A stretch of DNA of 64,000 bases from Histomonas meleagridis 2922-C6/04-290x. Its lineage: Eukaryota; Protista; Parabasalia. The notes beneath the pieces were generated by a model, which worked only from the letters and a program-made list of their open reading frames with translations, was not told the DNA's origin and did not search any database. The DNA lies in NCBI GenBank assembly GCA_020184695.1, contig JAANOX010000153.1, positions 62,001-126,000 of the forward strand, read 5' to 3'. The position numbers and the translations under genes are program-made. This document shows positions 32,192 to 42,906 of the stretch, in pieces (position 1 is the stretch's first letter; each line of letters starts with the position of its first letter).

Positions 32192-33783
32192 TTATTGTTT
32201 AAAAGAACTTAACATATCCACAATTTCTTTATTTTCATTCATAGCTGCAACTTTTAATGCATTTGAAAAAAAAAGAATAAACCACCGAAACACAAAAACT
32301 AACTTAAAACAAATCAATGAACGTGAATTAAAGTTAGGATCAAATTTTTCTGAATTCAGAATCATTTGAACTATTTCTTTATATCCATTTCTAGCAGCAA
32401 CATAAATTGGTGTTTCTTCTTTCTTTTGAGTTGCTTGTATATTTGGATTTATTAAATCATTTTCTAATAACAATTCAGCAGATTTATTTAATCCAAGTGC
32501 AGCAGCATAATGCAAAGCAGTCCAACCCAAAGAATTTGTTAAATTCACATCTATTTTATTGCTCGCTAAAATGAATTTAAGGATTTCTATTTTATTATTC
32601 ATAACAGCATAAAACAAAGGCAGTCTTAAAAATAATAAAAACAAATGTTTTCATCTCTCATATTAATATCATTACCACATTTTATACATTTAAGAAAATC
32701 AATGATGTTATTAGATTCAATACATTTAAAAATTACTTTCTCTCTATTTATATCTTTTCCTTTGGTATCAATTAACCAATCAAAGATTTCATGTTGATGA
32801 AATATCGACGAAATTTCAAGACATTTATCAAAACTTATATCATTTTGATCAAGTATATGAATTATCTCAAGATTTCCTCCTGCAGTAGCAAATTGTGTAA
32901 TAGTCCAATCAGTAAAACGCTTTGGAATCATTTGACTTCCATTTAAATATAAATATTTAAAACATTGAATTGATCCATGAATTGCTGAAAATTGTAATAA
33001 CGTTGATTCTTTATGTTTAAGTGAATGTGGATCAAATAGTGATGGGAAAATCTTTTGATTATAATCAAAATCAGGGGAAGAACAAATATCTTGAAGAAGT
33101 TCAAAATTGTCAAGAACGATAGCGCCGGCAATTGAATTTTTGGGGTACCCTATTTTGATGTGCTCTTCCCACAGCTCTTTGTTGTTGCAGAGTGTTGTTC
33201 GCTTGCCAAGAATGGCTTCAAAATATTCGCGAACTTGAAAAGATTTCATTTTGTGTTCACAAAATATACAAAGAGTAAGACTAAATGATGGATCTTTCTG
33301 AGTGAATTCATACATAAAATATACATAAATAAATGATAGTTGAATACAATATTTTCGCTTAAAGCTTTTAAGTAATTTGGAAAATTCAAAAATTTCATCA
33401 AACGAAATTAAATTAAGTTCATAACATTTTCTCATTAAAAGTGCTTGAGATACAGCCTCCTCTTGTATATACTTAGTCGAAAGAACTTGATAAGGAGTAA
33501 AAAATATTTGTTTAAGCAAATTTATTAATTTGTTTATTTGATGATTTTGTGATAAATCATAAATAAGTTGAGCATAAAGAGAAGCTGATTTTGGTCGAAA
33601 GTCTGTGGCTATTAAAATATCATGAATAAAAGTATCAATAGTTTGATCATCAAAATTATTTTTGAGAATTGATTCCAATTTTGCGTTATAGTTCGTGGAA
33701 GAAATTGAGATTAAATCATCTTGAAGTCGAGCTGATAATTGTATTTGATCAATTGCAGACTTTGGAAATTGTTCCAAAGACAT
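32192..33783 (-). CDS. DUF3447-type ankyrin-repeat protein interrupted by one 17-nt insert (reconstructed 524 aa)
   Basis: Track ORFs 32626-33783 and 32192-32644 join in frame when 32630-32646 (ATTTGTTTTTATTATTT) is removed, giving DINMRDEN-LR-LPLFYA. Further ankyrin units GWTALHYAA and ETPIYVAA follow. Confidence 0.75.
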
Positions 33784-34127
33784 CAGAATAATTTGAAAGT
33801 TTTACTTCGAAGAAGAAGAAAGAAAAATCCATTTGAGACTACATGTAGGAAAGCACACCTCTCATCTAATATAGCCATTAAAATAAAATTTCATACATAA
33901 TTCAGTATTTTCATCAATAAAAAGATATCAGATATGATAAATGTTGAATTTTTATGCTCAAAAAGTATTCATTTTAAATGCTCTCTAGTGCACTTCTTGT
34001 GACTAAATAAATTTAATAGTTAAAATAAGAATGAAGCACATATGAAAAATGGATTTGGATTTCAATTAGAAATTATCGTTTTTTATGAAAATTCAAAGAG
34101 ATTTTTTTAGGAATATGCATCTGATTT

Positions 34128-34604
34128 TTATTGGGGTTTGCTTTTTAGATTTATAAACCTGCAGACCGTATAAATACTTAATGTTACAACAATAAATAAA
34201 GTTGAAATGATGGATGAATTCGAATATTTGTGTTTTGGTATTGGCTGCGATCCAACACGGATAGTAACCTTTGCATTTTCTTCACCATATACACCCAGCC
34301 CTATTATGTCTTTATTGTTTTTAGATGATAATTCAGCTGACGACCAAAATATTTGACCTGTTTCTAAAAGGACTCTATCGCTTGTTGTTGGGCAAAGACC
34401 ATTCTTAGCTTTGTACATTGGAACAGTAACATTTGACTTTGCTGATATTTCTATTGGAACATTGGCTCTTGGTAAAGAAGTATAAAAGTAATACCATTCT
34501 CCCTTTGGGATTAAAACATCACGTGCTGTTGAACCATAAAGATATTGTGTTGTTGGAGGACAATAAATTGATGAATAACAAGCTTTCAGCACAAAAAAAA
34601 ACAT
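34128..34604 (-). CDS. Small secreted/type I membrane hypothetical protein
   Basis: N-terminal signal-like MFFFVLKAC, a beta-sandwich-like middle (GEWYYFY...GLGVYG...VTIRV) and a C-terminal TM. Confidence 0.6.
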   Translation of the reverse strand: MFFFVLKACYSSIYCPPTTQYLYGSTARDVLIPKGEWYYFYTSLPRANVPIEISAKSNVTVPMYKAKNGLCPTTSDRVLLETGQIFWSSAELSSKNNKDIIGLGVYGEENAKVTIRVGSQPIPKHKYSNSSIISTLFIVVTLSIYTVCRFINLKSKPQ

Positions 34605-34728
34605 TTTTATGACATGCTATGTGAAATGTTCACAAAAAAAGTTACCTCAAATTTGAATGAGAACAACTTTTTGAAAATCAATTGAAATTTCAATGCTTTC
34701 TCAAAAATATTGATACGTTTAAAATTTA

Positions 34729-36129
34729 ATGTCTTTCGAGCTCTCAGGATTAAACAATGTGATTGATGAAATTGAACATCTGTGGGATAAATTAGGACTT
34801 TCCAGTGAAGAGAAAAATCAAGAAAAAGGAAAGCTTGACTTTGATGTTATGAAAGTATTCATTGATTTCAAAAAATCTCTTGAAAAGAGATGCCTAGAAA
34901 TTGAAAGTCAAATAAAAGAAACTATTTCCAATCATATTAAACTCCTTAGTTCATTTCCAGAGACAGAACCTATTATTCAAAAATTAAAATCAACACAATA
35001 CGAACCTACCAAACCAAATTTAGCATTAGTCGTTCGTTGTTATGAAGAGGACAAAATCAAATATCAAAAGATCTTAGAAAAAATTGAATATCTTAAATCC
35101 GAGGTCATTAGATTATTTACCCTTCTTGAAATACCAGATTCTGAAAAAGGCGAATTTTCTAACATTGATAATATCACCTTTGATAGTCTTACCATTCAAC
35201 GTCTTGAAACTTATGTTACAAATCTTTCACAAGAAGCTTCAACACGACAAAAACATATGCTTGAAATTAATTCTCAGATATCACTTCTATCCACCGAGCT
35301 TGAGCTTGATATTCCCAATGAAATTGTAAATTTATTCATCACTAATTCACTTTCAACCCAATCAGTCATGAGCGTTGATTCATATTTACAATTTCTTGAA
35401 GAAAAGAAGTCACAACGAATTGTTGAGATCACCAAAATGGCCAATGAAATCACCAATCTGTGGAATATTCTTGAAGTTCCTGAAGACACTAGAAACAAAT
35501 TCCTTCAGTCCCATTCTACACTTGGTCCATCCGTTTTGAAGTCATGTGTTGAAGAAATCGAACGATTGAAGCAAATTCGGAATAAACGTCTTCCGATTCT
35601 TATTGAAATCCAACGCAACGAAATCAATGAACTTTGTTCATATCTTCATTTGTCTTCACAGTGTACAACATCAAATGATCTTGAAGAAACGTTTGAAGCA
35701 AATGAACTTGAGATAAAACGACTTAATAACTTACGAAAGAAAATGGAACCTTTCATCGAAATAATAACAAAAAGAGAAGAAATGATTGAACAAATCAACA
35801 AAATTACAGAAAGTATGAAACACAATAAAGTACAACAAAAAGATGAACAATTAAGAAGAAGATATAAATCTTTATTGCCGAGATTAGAAAAGAAGTTATT
35901 GCTGCAATTGATACAATTTAAAGAACAAAATGGATTTGATCTAACATGGAACGGAGAAATTTATGCAAAGAAATTGTCACATATTTTATTGTCTGATGTG
36001 GAAATAAAAAATGCAAAATTAGCAGTGAGGAAAAAGAGTTTAAATGTGTGCGAGAAAGAAAACATGCAAAAAGCAAAAAAGAAACATTTATCTGTGGAAA
36101 ATAATAAACTTTTGGAAAATGTAATGTAA
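34729..36129 (+). CDS. MAP65/Ase1/PRC1-family microtubule-crosslinking protein
   Basis: Coiled-coil ORF with family segments IEHLWDKLG, ITNLWNILEVPEDTRNKF, CVEEIERLKQ and E-LRRRYKSLLPRLEKKL. Confidence 0.8.
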   Translation: MSFELSGLNNVIDEIEHLWDKLGLSSEEKNQEKGKLDFDVMKVFIDFKKSLEKRCLEIESQIKETISNHIKLLSSFPETEPIIQKLKSTQYEPTKPNLALVVRCYEEDKIKYQKILEKIEYLKSEVIRLFTLLEIPDSEKGEFSNIDNITFDSLTIQRLETYVTNLSQEASTRQKHMLEINSQISLLSTELELDIPNEIVNLFITNSLSTQSVMSVDSYLQFLEEKKSQRIVEITKMANEITNLWNILEVPEDTRNKFLQSHSTLGPSVLKSCVEEIERLKQIRNKRLPILIEIQRNEINELCSYLHLSSQCTTSNDLEETFEANELEIKRLNNLRKKMEPFIEIITKREEMIEQINKITESMKHNKVQQKDEQLRRRYKSLLPRLEKKLLLQLIQFKEQNGFDLTWNGEIYAKKLSHILLSDVEIKNAKLAVRKKSLNVCEKENMQKAKKKHLSVENNKLLENVM

Positions 36130-36421
36130 GTAAAAAGTTATATTAGTAAATGTTGATTTTTTGGAGAAATTTGGTTTTTAATTTCCTTTGTTTCATTTAT
36201 CTTAATTTGTTAAGACACAAAACTTGATAATTGTGAAATTCCATACTTTGGGATTGAAAATCTCTGCACCATTCAGAGCGTGAGTGTTGCAAAGTATCGA
36301 AAATAATATACCTACCCATGTGTGGGGTGCAAATTTGTTTGTTTTTCTGTTGCCACTTTTGTTAGCTTCAAAGAAAAAAAATTAACAGATGCAGTGAAAA
36401 AAATGACAATAATTTACTCCA

Positions 36422-36726
36422 ATGGCAACAGAAGTTATTGAGCAAATTAAAACAATTCCACCAACAGAAAATGCTCAAAAGGTAATAGAGCAACAAGAAA
36501 AAATGTATATTTTGTTATTAACTCCAGAATTTCAGCTTTAACAGAAACAGAAAATTCGTTACATGAAAAAATTGAAAAGAGTAAAGAGCGTTATGAGCAG
36601 TGCATGAAAGACATAGTTTCAGCAACACAAAAACTTGTTGCAATTCGAAATCAATTAACAGTCATCACAAATCGTGTTAATGATCTTAAAAAATATTGTT
36701 CAGAAGCACACCAACAAAATCCATAA
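36422..36726 (+). CDS. KXD1: KxDL-motif (KXD1/BORC subunit)-like protein, 93 aa, join(36422..36504,36528..36726)
   Basis: Missed by the ORF track. After intron removal it reads MATEVIEQIKTIPPTENAQKVIEQQEKIISALTETENSLHEKIEKSKERYEQCMKDIVSATQKLVAIRNQLTVITNRVNDLKKYCSEAHQQNP*. From memory it aligns without gaps to the KxDL domain pattern (Q..., T...L, S..R, T..LV, L..I..R...LK). Confidence 0.6.
36505..36527 (+). other. 23-nt canonical spliceosomal intron
   Basis: GTATATTTTGTTATTAACTCCAG has GT...AG ends and a branch-point-like ATTAAC fused to the 3' site. Removal restores a single ORF. Confidence 0.75.
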
Positions 36727-37432
36727 ACAATCAGATTAATATCGTTAAACTTTAGGTACACTTTTAAATTGAGTCATATTTTATGATTTTCCTATGGAGA
36801 TCCAACTATATACCACTGTATGTATATGATTAATTTTTTAATTTCACTCTACATATGGAATAACTTAATTTTATATTTTTTGTTGAAGAAATTATTATAA
36901 TATTATGATTTAATTTTTATTGAATGATTGATTCAAAATTCGTATTTTCATCTATTCGCTTAGAGAATTCGAGATTATGATAATTGAAGATCATCAAAAT
37001 AATTTATCCAATTTAAATTGGATTAAATCCATGTCATTTTGATTATAATAAGAATTGAAGCAAAGTTAGCGAGCTGCAATCACGACAAATTGAGCTGCAT
37101 TATTGGTACATTATATTCTTCTATTGAAAGATTAATGTACCAACAGATTTCATTACTTAGGTCCAATTAGTAAAAGCATTATCAATAGGACAGAATTAAA
37201 AATCCTAGTCAACCTATTACTTAGATGGTTAATCACCAGAAAAGAAATAATTTTATGAAGAGAAGATACAAGTGAATAAAAAAAAAAGTTGAAAGACTTC
37301 AATAGATTAAGAATGGAATGGCGAAAGTAAATCAGACAAACGTATAATCATTATTAATAATGATAATTCGTTCACAAAAATATTTATTACTCGAGTTACA
37401 TAACAATTATCATATACACACATTTTTATAAA

Positions 37433-39026
37433 TTAATTTTCTATTTTTATATTTTCATTCGCATTCGTATTGTGCAAACCCATCAGAACATTACTGATTT
37501 CTTCTTCGTTGTTCATCAATTCCAAGAATCCGCACGACAAATCTTTGATATCTTTATCATTTGTATTATAGTACAGTGGACTTACTTCCCATACATCATT
37601 TTGCATGTTTTCAGCCAATGCAATTACTGATGCGCTTTGTTTCGCCTTACTTAAAGGGAAGAACAAATACTCAAACTTTTCGTCGCCTGATAATACTCTT
37701 AAGTAACTTGCGTCAACATTATTAAGGGGAATTGATTCTGGCGATGTAACGCATATAGCGATGAATCGAATTGCTTCTGTCACTGGAAGCTTTTGTAGTT
37801 TTATTCGAATTAGTTCGTCATCTTTGTTTATGTGATATGGTTAATCTGATTTGTCGTCGATTTCATAACCATAGATATTTCGGCCGCTATGTGCAATTGC
37901 TCGATTGTAACAGTTAAGATTCGAATAATATACTAAGCGTATATTATATTTCCCATCAATGCCTTGAGAATAAACAACACATGATAAATCAATATTACAA
38001 TTTTCCCATCCAAGTGCAAATATTAAAGTGTTGGGATATTCATCATGATAATATTTTAATGCTGTTGTTAATGTTATTGGATGTCAAATGTGAGGTCATT
38101 GGCAAAATTAACCGTCTTCAGGAAGCCTCTTAAAAATTTCGAACTGTATTCGAGATAAAGAGGAATTGTTGTGATAACTCCTGGCCGAACACCAAATGTA
38201 CATTGCTCTACAATTTGATGCTTGGGAAGATCACTAATGGTTGTTGTAAAATGGACCCGCTGATGTGGGCGATAAAGAAATAATTTGGAATCATATGGAG
38301 TGTAAAGAACATTAAGTGTGATGTCACCAGAATACGTGGAAGAAGTAATGAAAAGAACAATGATGGATTTGGATGAAATATAAGTTGTCTGGAAGCGGAA
38401 AAATGGTGTTAATCCAGTCGGACCATAACAAAGACCTTCCAAATTTTGGTAATATGGAAGTAATTCAAGTTCGGTGTTAAGAGGAATACATTTGATAAAA
38501 TCTTTTTTTTCGTTATATTTACGTTTAAATATTTTAAATTCATTAGGATTAGGGAAATATGGTTCTGGGTATGTAAAGAATAGGTGATAGGATGTATGAG
38601 GCTTTGGTTTTGGACTGATTGCAAAATTTGTATTTGGTAAATAATATTGAATAGTTATACTCGAATTAATAAGTTCTTCTTCCATCATAGAAGAATCTTT
38701 TTCGCATTCAACAGGGAGTTTTACTTTTGTATTATGGTTCTCTGGGGTTAATGGTACTTTAACAGTTCCTATCAATTTATCCTTTTGAAAAACATAATGA
38801 TCATAAATTTCTAATGTCAAGCCTTCAGAATAAAAAAAGGAAAAACAATCGGTTCCTTAAGTTTTTCATCCCAGACTGGATTTGATGTTTTTTTAATATG
38901 ATCTGTTTTGCCTAAAAAAAAGCGTACACCTGATGTGTACGAATAAGCTTTGACATGTGGGCTTGGGGGCTTTTGTGTTGAAGGATTTGTGAGATCTTCA
39001 GCAGAGATAATGAAGATTTCGAACAT
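37433..39026 (-). pseudogene. C2-domain + TerD-domain fusion gene, disrupted
   Basis: C2: FEIFIISAEDL...KTSNPVWDE...LTLEIYDHYVFQKDKLIG. TerD: FALGW...IDLSCVVY...VYYSNL...AIAHSGRN...DDELIRIKLQKLP...IRFIAICVTS. Frameshifts at ~38830 and ~38085, plus a 36-nt in-frame insert containing TAA (37820-37855). Confidence 0.75.
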
Positions 39027-39389
39027 TTTTTGGTATGACTTTTTGGTATATCAAGTGGCCGATAAGCCATTTTTATGAGAATTAGCCGTTCGACAATTCA
39101 ATGAGATCTCATTAAAATATAGTCAGCGGTTTTCAGAATGACGTCACATTAGAACGTTTTCATTGTTTAAAGCATATATGATGTAATATTTAGTCATTGT
39201 AGTTAAAGTCAAACAATGCATGCGCATTATTCAAAGTCTAAATATGATAATGAAATTCTTATTAAATTTTGTTCAAGATGCCTTTTATCGTATTTTATAT
39301 TATATCTTTCATTATATTTATGAGAATAAAACAAAGAAATGAAAAATTAAATTGAATTTATCGAATTGTTTTTTCCAATAAATTCATCA

Positions 39390-39890
39390 ATTTTGAAATA
39401 TTTGACTTTTGCTTGAACATAAAGTAGCTGATATTTATATAAAAAATGTTTAAAAATTGTATTTGGAAATTGTTTTCTTAATTTGAGATTTTAAAATAAA
39501 ATTTGGAAATTATTTAAATTTTATTATAAAGCACTTATGTATGCAGCTCAAAATGGTCGTTTTGAAGTAATTGAATTACTTCTTCAACAAAAGGAATTGA
39601 TGTTGATTCTAAAGATATTAGAATGTTTTATTTAATATTTATTTTATATATTTGAAATATTAAAATAATATTTGAAAATTATTTAAAATATTTTTTACAG
39701 CACTTATAAAAGCATCTTCAAATAGGAATTAGTCACATCAAAAAGAAACCAAATGATCAATCATCTTATTATTTGGCACTAAAGCTTATGCAAGATTTGG
39801 AATCTATTGAAAATATTATTTTTGATTTAAGTGAAGATAACTTTTTAGAATCCGTTGATGCAGTTATTAATCTGTTATATAAATCACATT
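39390..39890 (+). pseudogene. Decayed ankyrin array retaining two 80-nt (4 x 20) gaps, followed by an N-terminal fragment of the same family
   Basis: Gaps at 39448-39527 and 39617-39696. Unit ALMYAAQNGRFEVIELLLQQ carries a 1-nt deletion, followed by a truncated TALIKASSN. Then LESIENIIFDLSEDNF*, similar to the N-termini at 11288 and 55273. Confidence 0.7.
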
Positions 39891-40302
39891 AGCTGCTGCA
39901 AAAAATAAATGATATTCAAATGTTTTTCATTATATTTTAAACAAATTAAATATTTATATGTTTGATGATATTTTAATTTTTATGTCTTCTTAGGAGATTA
40001 AGACTTATAAAGAATACATGATAACTTTCATGATTTAAGTCCATTTCTACCATAATATTTAAAATGCATTTTAAATTAATTCATCTAATTACCTTATTTA
40101 GAGTTAATGCATCCAAATTTTAACATGTTGTCATTGTAAAGGTATGATCAAGTAAGAAAAATAAAGTTAAATAATTTTTATAAGAATCCAAAAACTTAAA
40201 GTAATTTGATATTAAGTATATTGAAAATGTTCAAAAATCAATAAAAATCATAAACATTCAGATTAATATAATCATAAAGTTTAGTTAAACATTCTGAATT
40301 TT

Positions 40303-41520
40303 TCAATTTGATAAATCTTCATTAAAAGCTATTTCACCTAATTCTGTTCCTTTTGTTTCCCTCATAAAGAACAATCCGAATATACCTGAAGCCAAAAGGC
40401 TTGAAGCAAAAGCTAAAAATGTCCAACGTGAAATTTTATCTTGGTAAATTCCCCATACATAAATAAGTATTGAAGAAATCACCCATTTAAAAGTTGTTAC
40501 AATTGATATAGCAAACAACCTAAGAGAGTCAGGAAATATCTCTGCTGGATACATCCAAGGGATTGCACCCATTCCTAAACCATAAAAAAATATACAACAA
40601 AAATAAGCAACTAAAGTTGTTACTGTTACTTTATCACTTTTCATATAGAAAGTTAAAACAATTAAACATATTGATTGAGTTATTGAAGATAAAATCCATG
40701 CTGGTCTACGTCCAAATTTTTCAATGATAAATAATGAAACTGTTGTTGAAAATGCTTGGCCAAATGCAAAGATCAATGAAGAAACATTCCATTCCATTGT
40801 TATATCATCTGCTTCTTTATCTATTAATGATTCCATACATGTAAGTAATGGATCTATTCCCGATAGTTGTTGAAAAAGCATTAACATTAAAGATTGAAAA
40901 AGAAGTTTTAAATAATTCTTTTGAAACATGTTTTTAATTGTGCTTTTTTCGTAATTTTCATTTTTTGGAACTTCTGGAACAAAATGTATAACTAAACATA
41001 AAATAAGTTGTGGTAAAAAACAAAACGATGTATAAACTTTCCATTCCCAAAATGCAGCAACTATACTTACATATAAAATGCCATTCGATATCATTAATTG
41101 GCCAATAGCTCCATAAGATCCTCTATACTTTGTTGGTGAAATTTCAATTATGTACATAAAACATAACCCTGATAAAATCCCAGCACAAAGACCTGAAAGT
41201 GCTCTCCCAACAAATGCAAGTGGAATAATGTTTGGTGTACATGCAGCTATAAAAATATATGAAATTGATGATAGAATACTTGTTACAAAAATCATTTTTT
41301 TCCTACCAAGCAAAGGCACTAAAAAGAAAATAACTATTCCACTAAAAATCGCAGAAAAATGAAAAATAACATTAAAGTGTATTGAATAAGAATCAGGTAA
41401 TTCTAATTTGTTGTTAAAATCAGCTCGAATTACAGAATAATAAGAAATTCCTTGACCTAAAACAAATGATCCTAATCCAATAAATATTGCATTTCTTAAA
41501 TCTACTGAAAAGAAACCCAT
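40303..41520 (-). CDS. MFS sugar porter (GLUT/hexose transporter family)
   Basis: ATG at 41520 (MGFFSVDL). Motifs LGRKK, YIIEISPTKYRG, FQQLSGI, FGRRP, PWMYPAEIFPDSLR and ETKG. Confidence 0.9.
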   Translation of the reverse strand: MGFFSVDLRNAIFIGLGSFVLGQGISYYSVIRADFNNKLELPDSYSIHFNVIFHFSAIFSGIVIFFLVPLLGRKKMIFVTSILSSISYIFIAACTPNIIPLAFVGRALSGLCAGILSGLCFMYIIEISPTKYRGSYGAIGQLMISNGILYVSIVAAFWEWKVYTSFCFLPQLILCLVIHFVPEVPKNENYEKSTIKNMFQKNYLKLLFQSLMLMLFQQLSGIDPLLTCMESLIDKEADDITMEWNVSSLIFAFGQAFSTTVSLFIIEKFGRRPAWILSSITQSICLIVLTFYMKSDKVTVTTLVAYFCCIFFYGLGMGAIPWMYPAEIFPDSLRLFAISIVTTFKWVISSILIYVWGIYQDKISRWTFLAFASSLLASGIFGLFFMRETKGTELGEIAFNEDLSN

Positions 41521-41724
41521 GATATTATTTAAAATGGTTTTACTCTGTTTTTTTATGATTTTGTAACAGAAAATTTCATTGGTTTTTATCAAAACATTTA
41601 AGTATAAAGGCTATTATATTTAAAACTTTTATAAAAAACAAGAATTTAAGAAATTATGCTTTTTGATTTCTATTTTTTGCACCAGTTTTAATGTGGTTAA
41701 TGTTGTGTGTGTGTGTTTGGATTT

Positions 41725-42906
41725 ATGAAAGCTACGAAGAACTTTAGTGGTTTATATCAGTTAATGTTAAGTGTGATATTTGGTAATTCTGTGTATGCGG
41801 AAGAAATCATTCATTTATGTGAACAAAATCACTCATCATTTATTGATGCATATGAAACAGCTATTATTTTATATAAAAATGACGTCTTTAAATATCTTTA
41901 TGAAAATGAAATTGTTGAAGTTCTAGACAGAAAAGATTTGGTTATTTTAAGTATTATGAATGGGAATAATGAAATTTTTGCCTTTTTACAAGAAAAAGGA
42001 GTAAAAATTAATGATAGAATTATTGATATGCTTGCAAACCTTGGGAATTTCTATTTAGTAAAACATTTTATTAAAGCAAACAAAATACCAGATGATATTT
42101 TGATATACGCAGCAGAGTCAAAAAATATTGAACTTGTTAAATATCTTCTTAAACAAGAAGGAATTGATATTAATGCACAGAATGTTGATTTACTTTGTTT
42201 ATAATTCGTTTTAATAATTTTTTGTTATAAAACAATAAATGGTAATTACTAAATATATTTTTAAACAGCACTTATGTCAGCATCTTCTAATGGTAATATA
42301 GAAATAATTAAATTACTTCTTGAACAAGAAGGAATTGATGCTAAAGATTTTTATTTGTTTTATTCAATATTTCTTTAAATAATTTGATATTTCAAAACAA
42401 TATTTGGAAATTATTTAAATTATTTAATACAGCACTTCATATATCAGTTAGAAATAATAATATAGAAATAGCAAAATTACTTTTAGATAAAGGAATTGAT
42501 GTTAATGCAAAAAATATTCATTTGAATAATTTGAAATATTTTTTAATAATTTGAAATATTTTTTAATAATTTAGAATATTTTTTAATAATTTAGAATATG
42601 TTTTAATAATTTTATATATGTTTTAATAATTTAAAATATGTTTTAATAATTTGAAACAGCACTTCATATAACAGTTAGAAACAATAATATAGAAATATTA
42701 AAATTACTTTTAGATAAAGGAATTGATGTTAATGCAAAAAATATTCATTCGAATAATTTAAAATATGTTTTAATAATTTAATATATGTTTTAATTATTTG
42801 GAATATGTTTTAACAATATTTGACAGCAATTCAGATCACCCAACAAAAAAGTTACACGGAAATAGTAAATTTACTTCAGAAACATTCTAATTGTATTCTT
42901 CTATGA
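41725..42906 (+). CDS. 5'-truncated DUF3447-type ankyrin gene with 19 17-nt inserts (285 aa after also removing 1 extra base); may be a pseudogene
   Basis: Homology starts abruptly at EIIHLCEQ. Ankyrin units begin at 42265, 42429, 42656 and 42823. Gaps are 81, 80, 140 and 80 nt. Confidence 0.6.
42516..42655 (+). repeat. 20-nt minisatellite x7 (17-nt insert + variable codon)
   Basis: ATAT(T/G)TTTTAATAATTT + NNN repeated, with slots GAA, GAA, AGA, AGA, TAT, AAA, GAA. Confidence 0.95.

Noticed and set aside
32283-32330. In-frame T-rich hairpin expansion (LICFKLVFVFRWFILFF) as further 17-nt inserts
   Set aside because: It resembles the inserts and a GGT falls in slot 3, but the 17+3 register yields a TAA in slot 2. 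It is irregular or degenerate and was not counted.
38836-38852. ATTGTTTTTCCTTTTTT as a 17-nt insert correcting the first C2-TerD frameshift
   Set aside because: Removal does restore the frame, but it deletes the IVFPF strand expected in a C2 domain. A 1-nt homopolymer indel is simpler, though the site is worth checking in cDNA.
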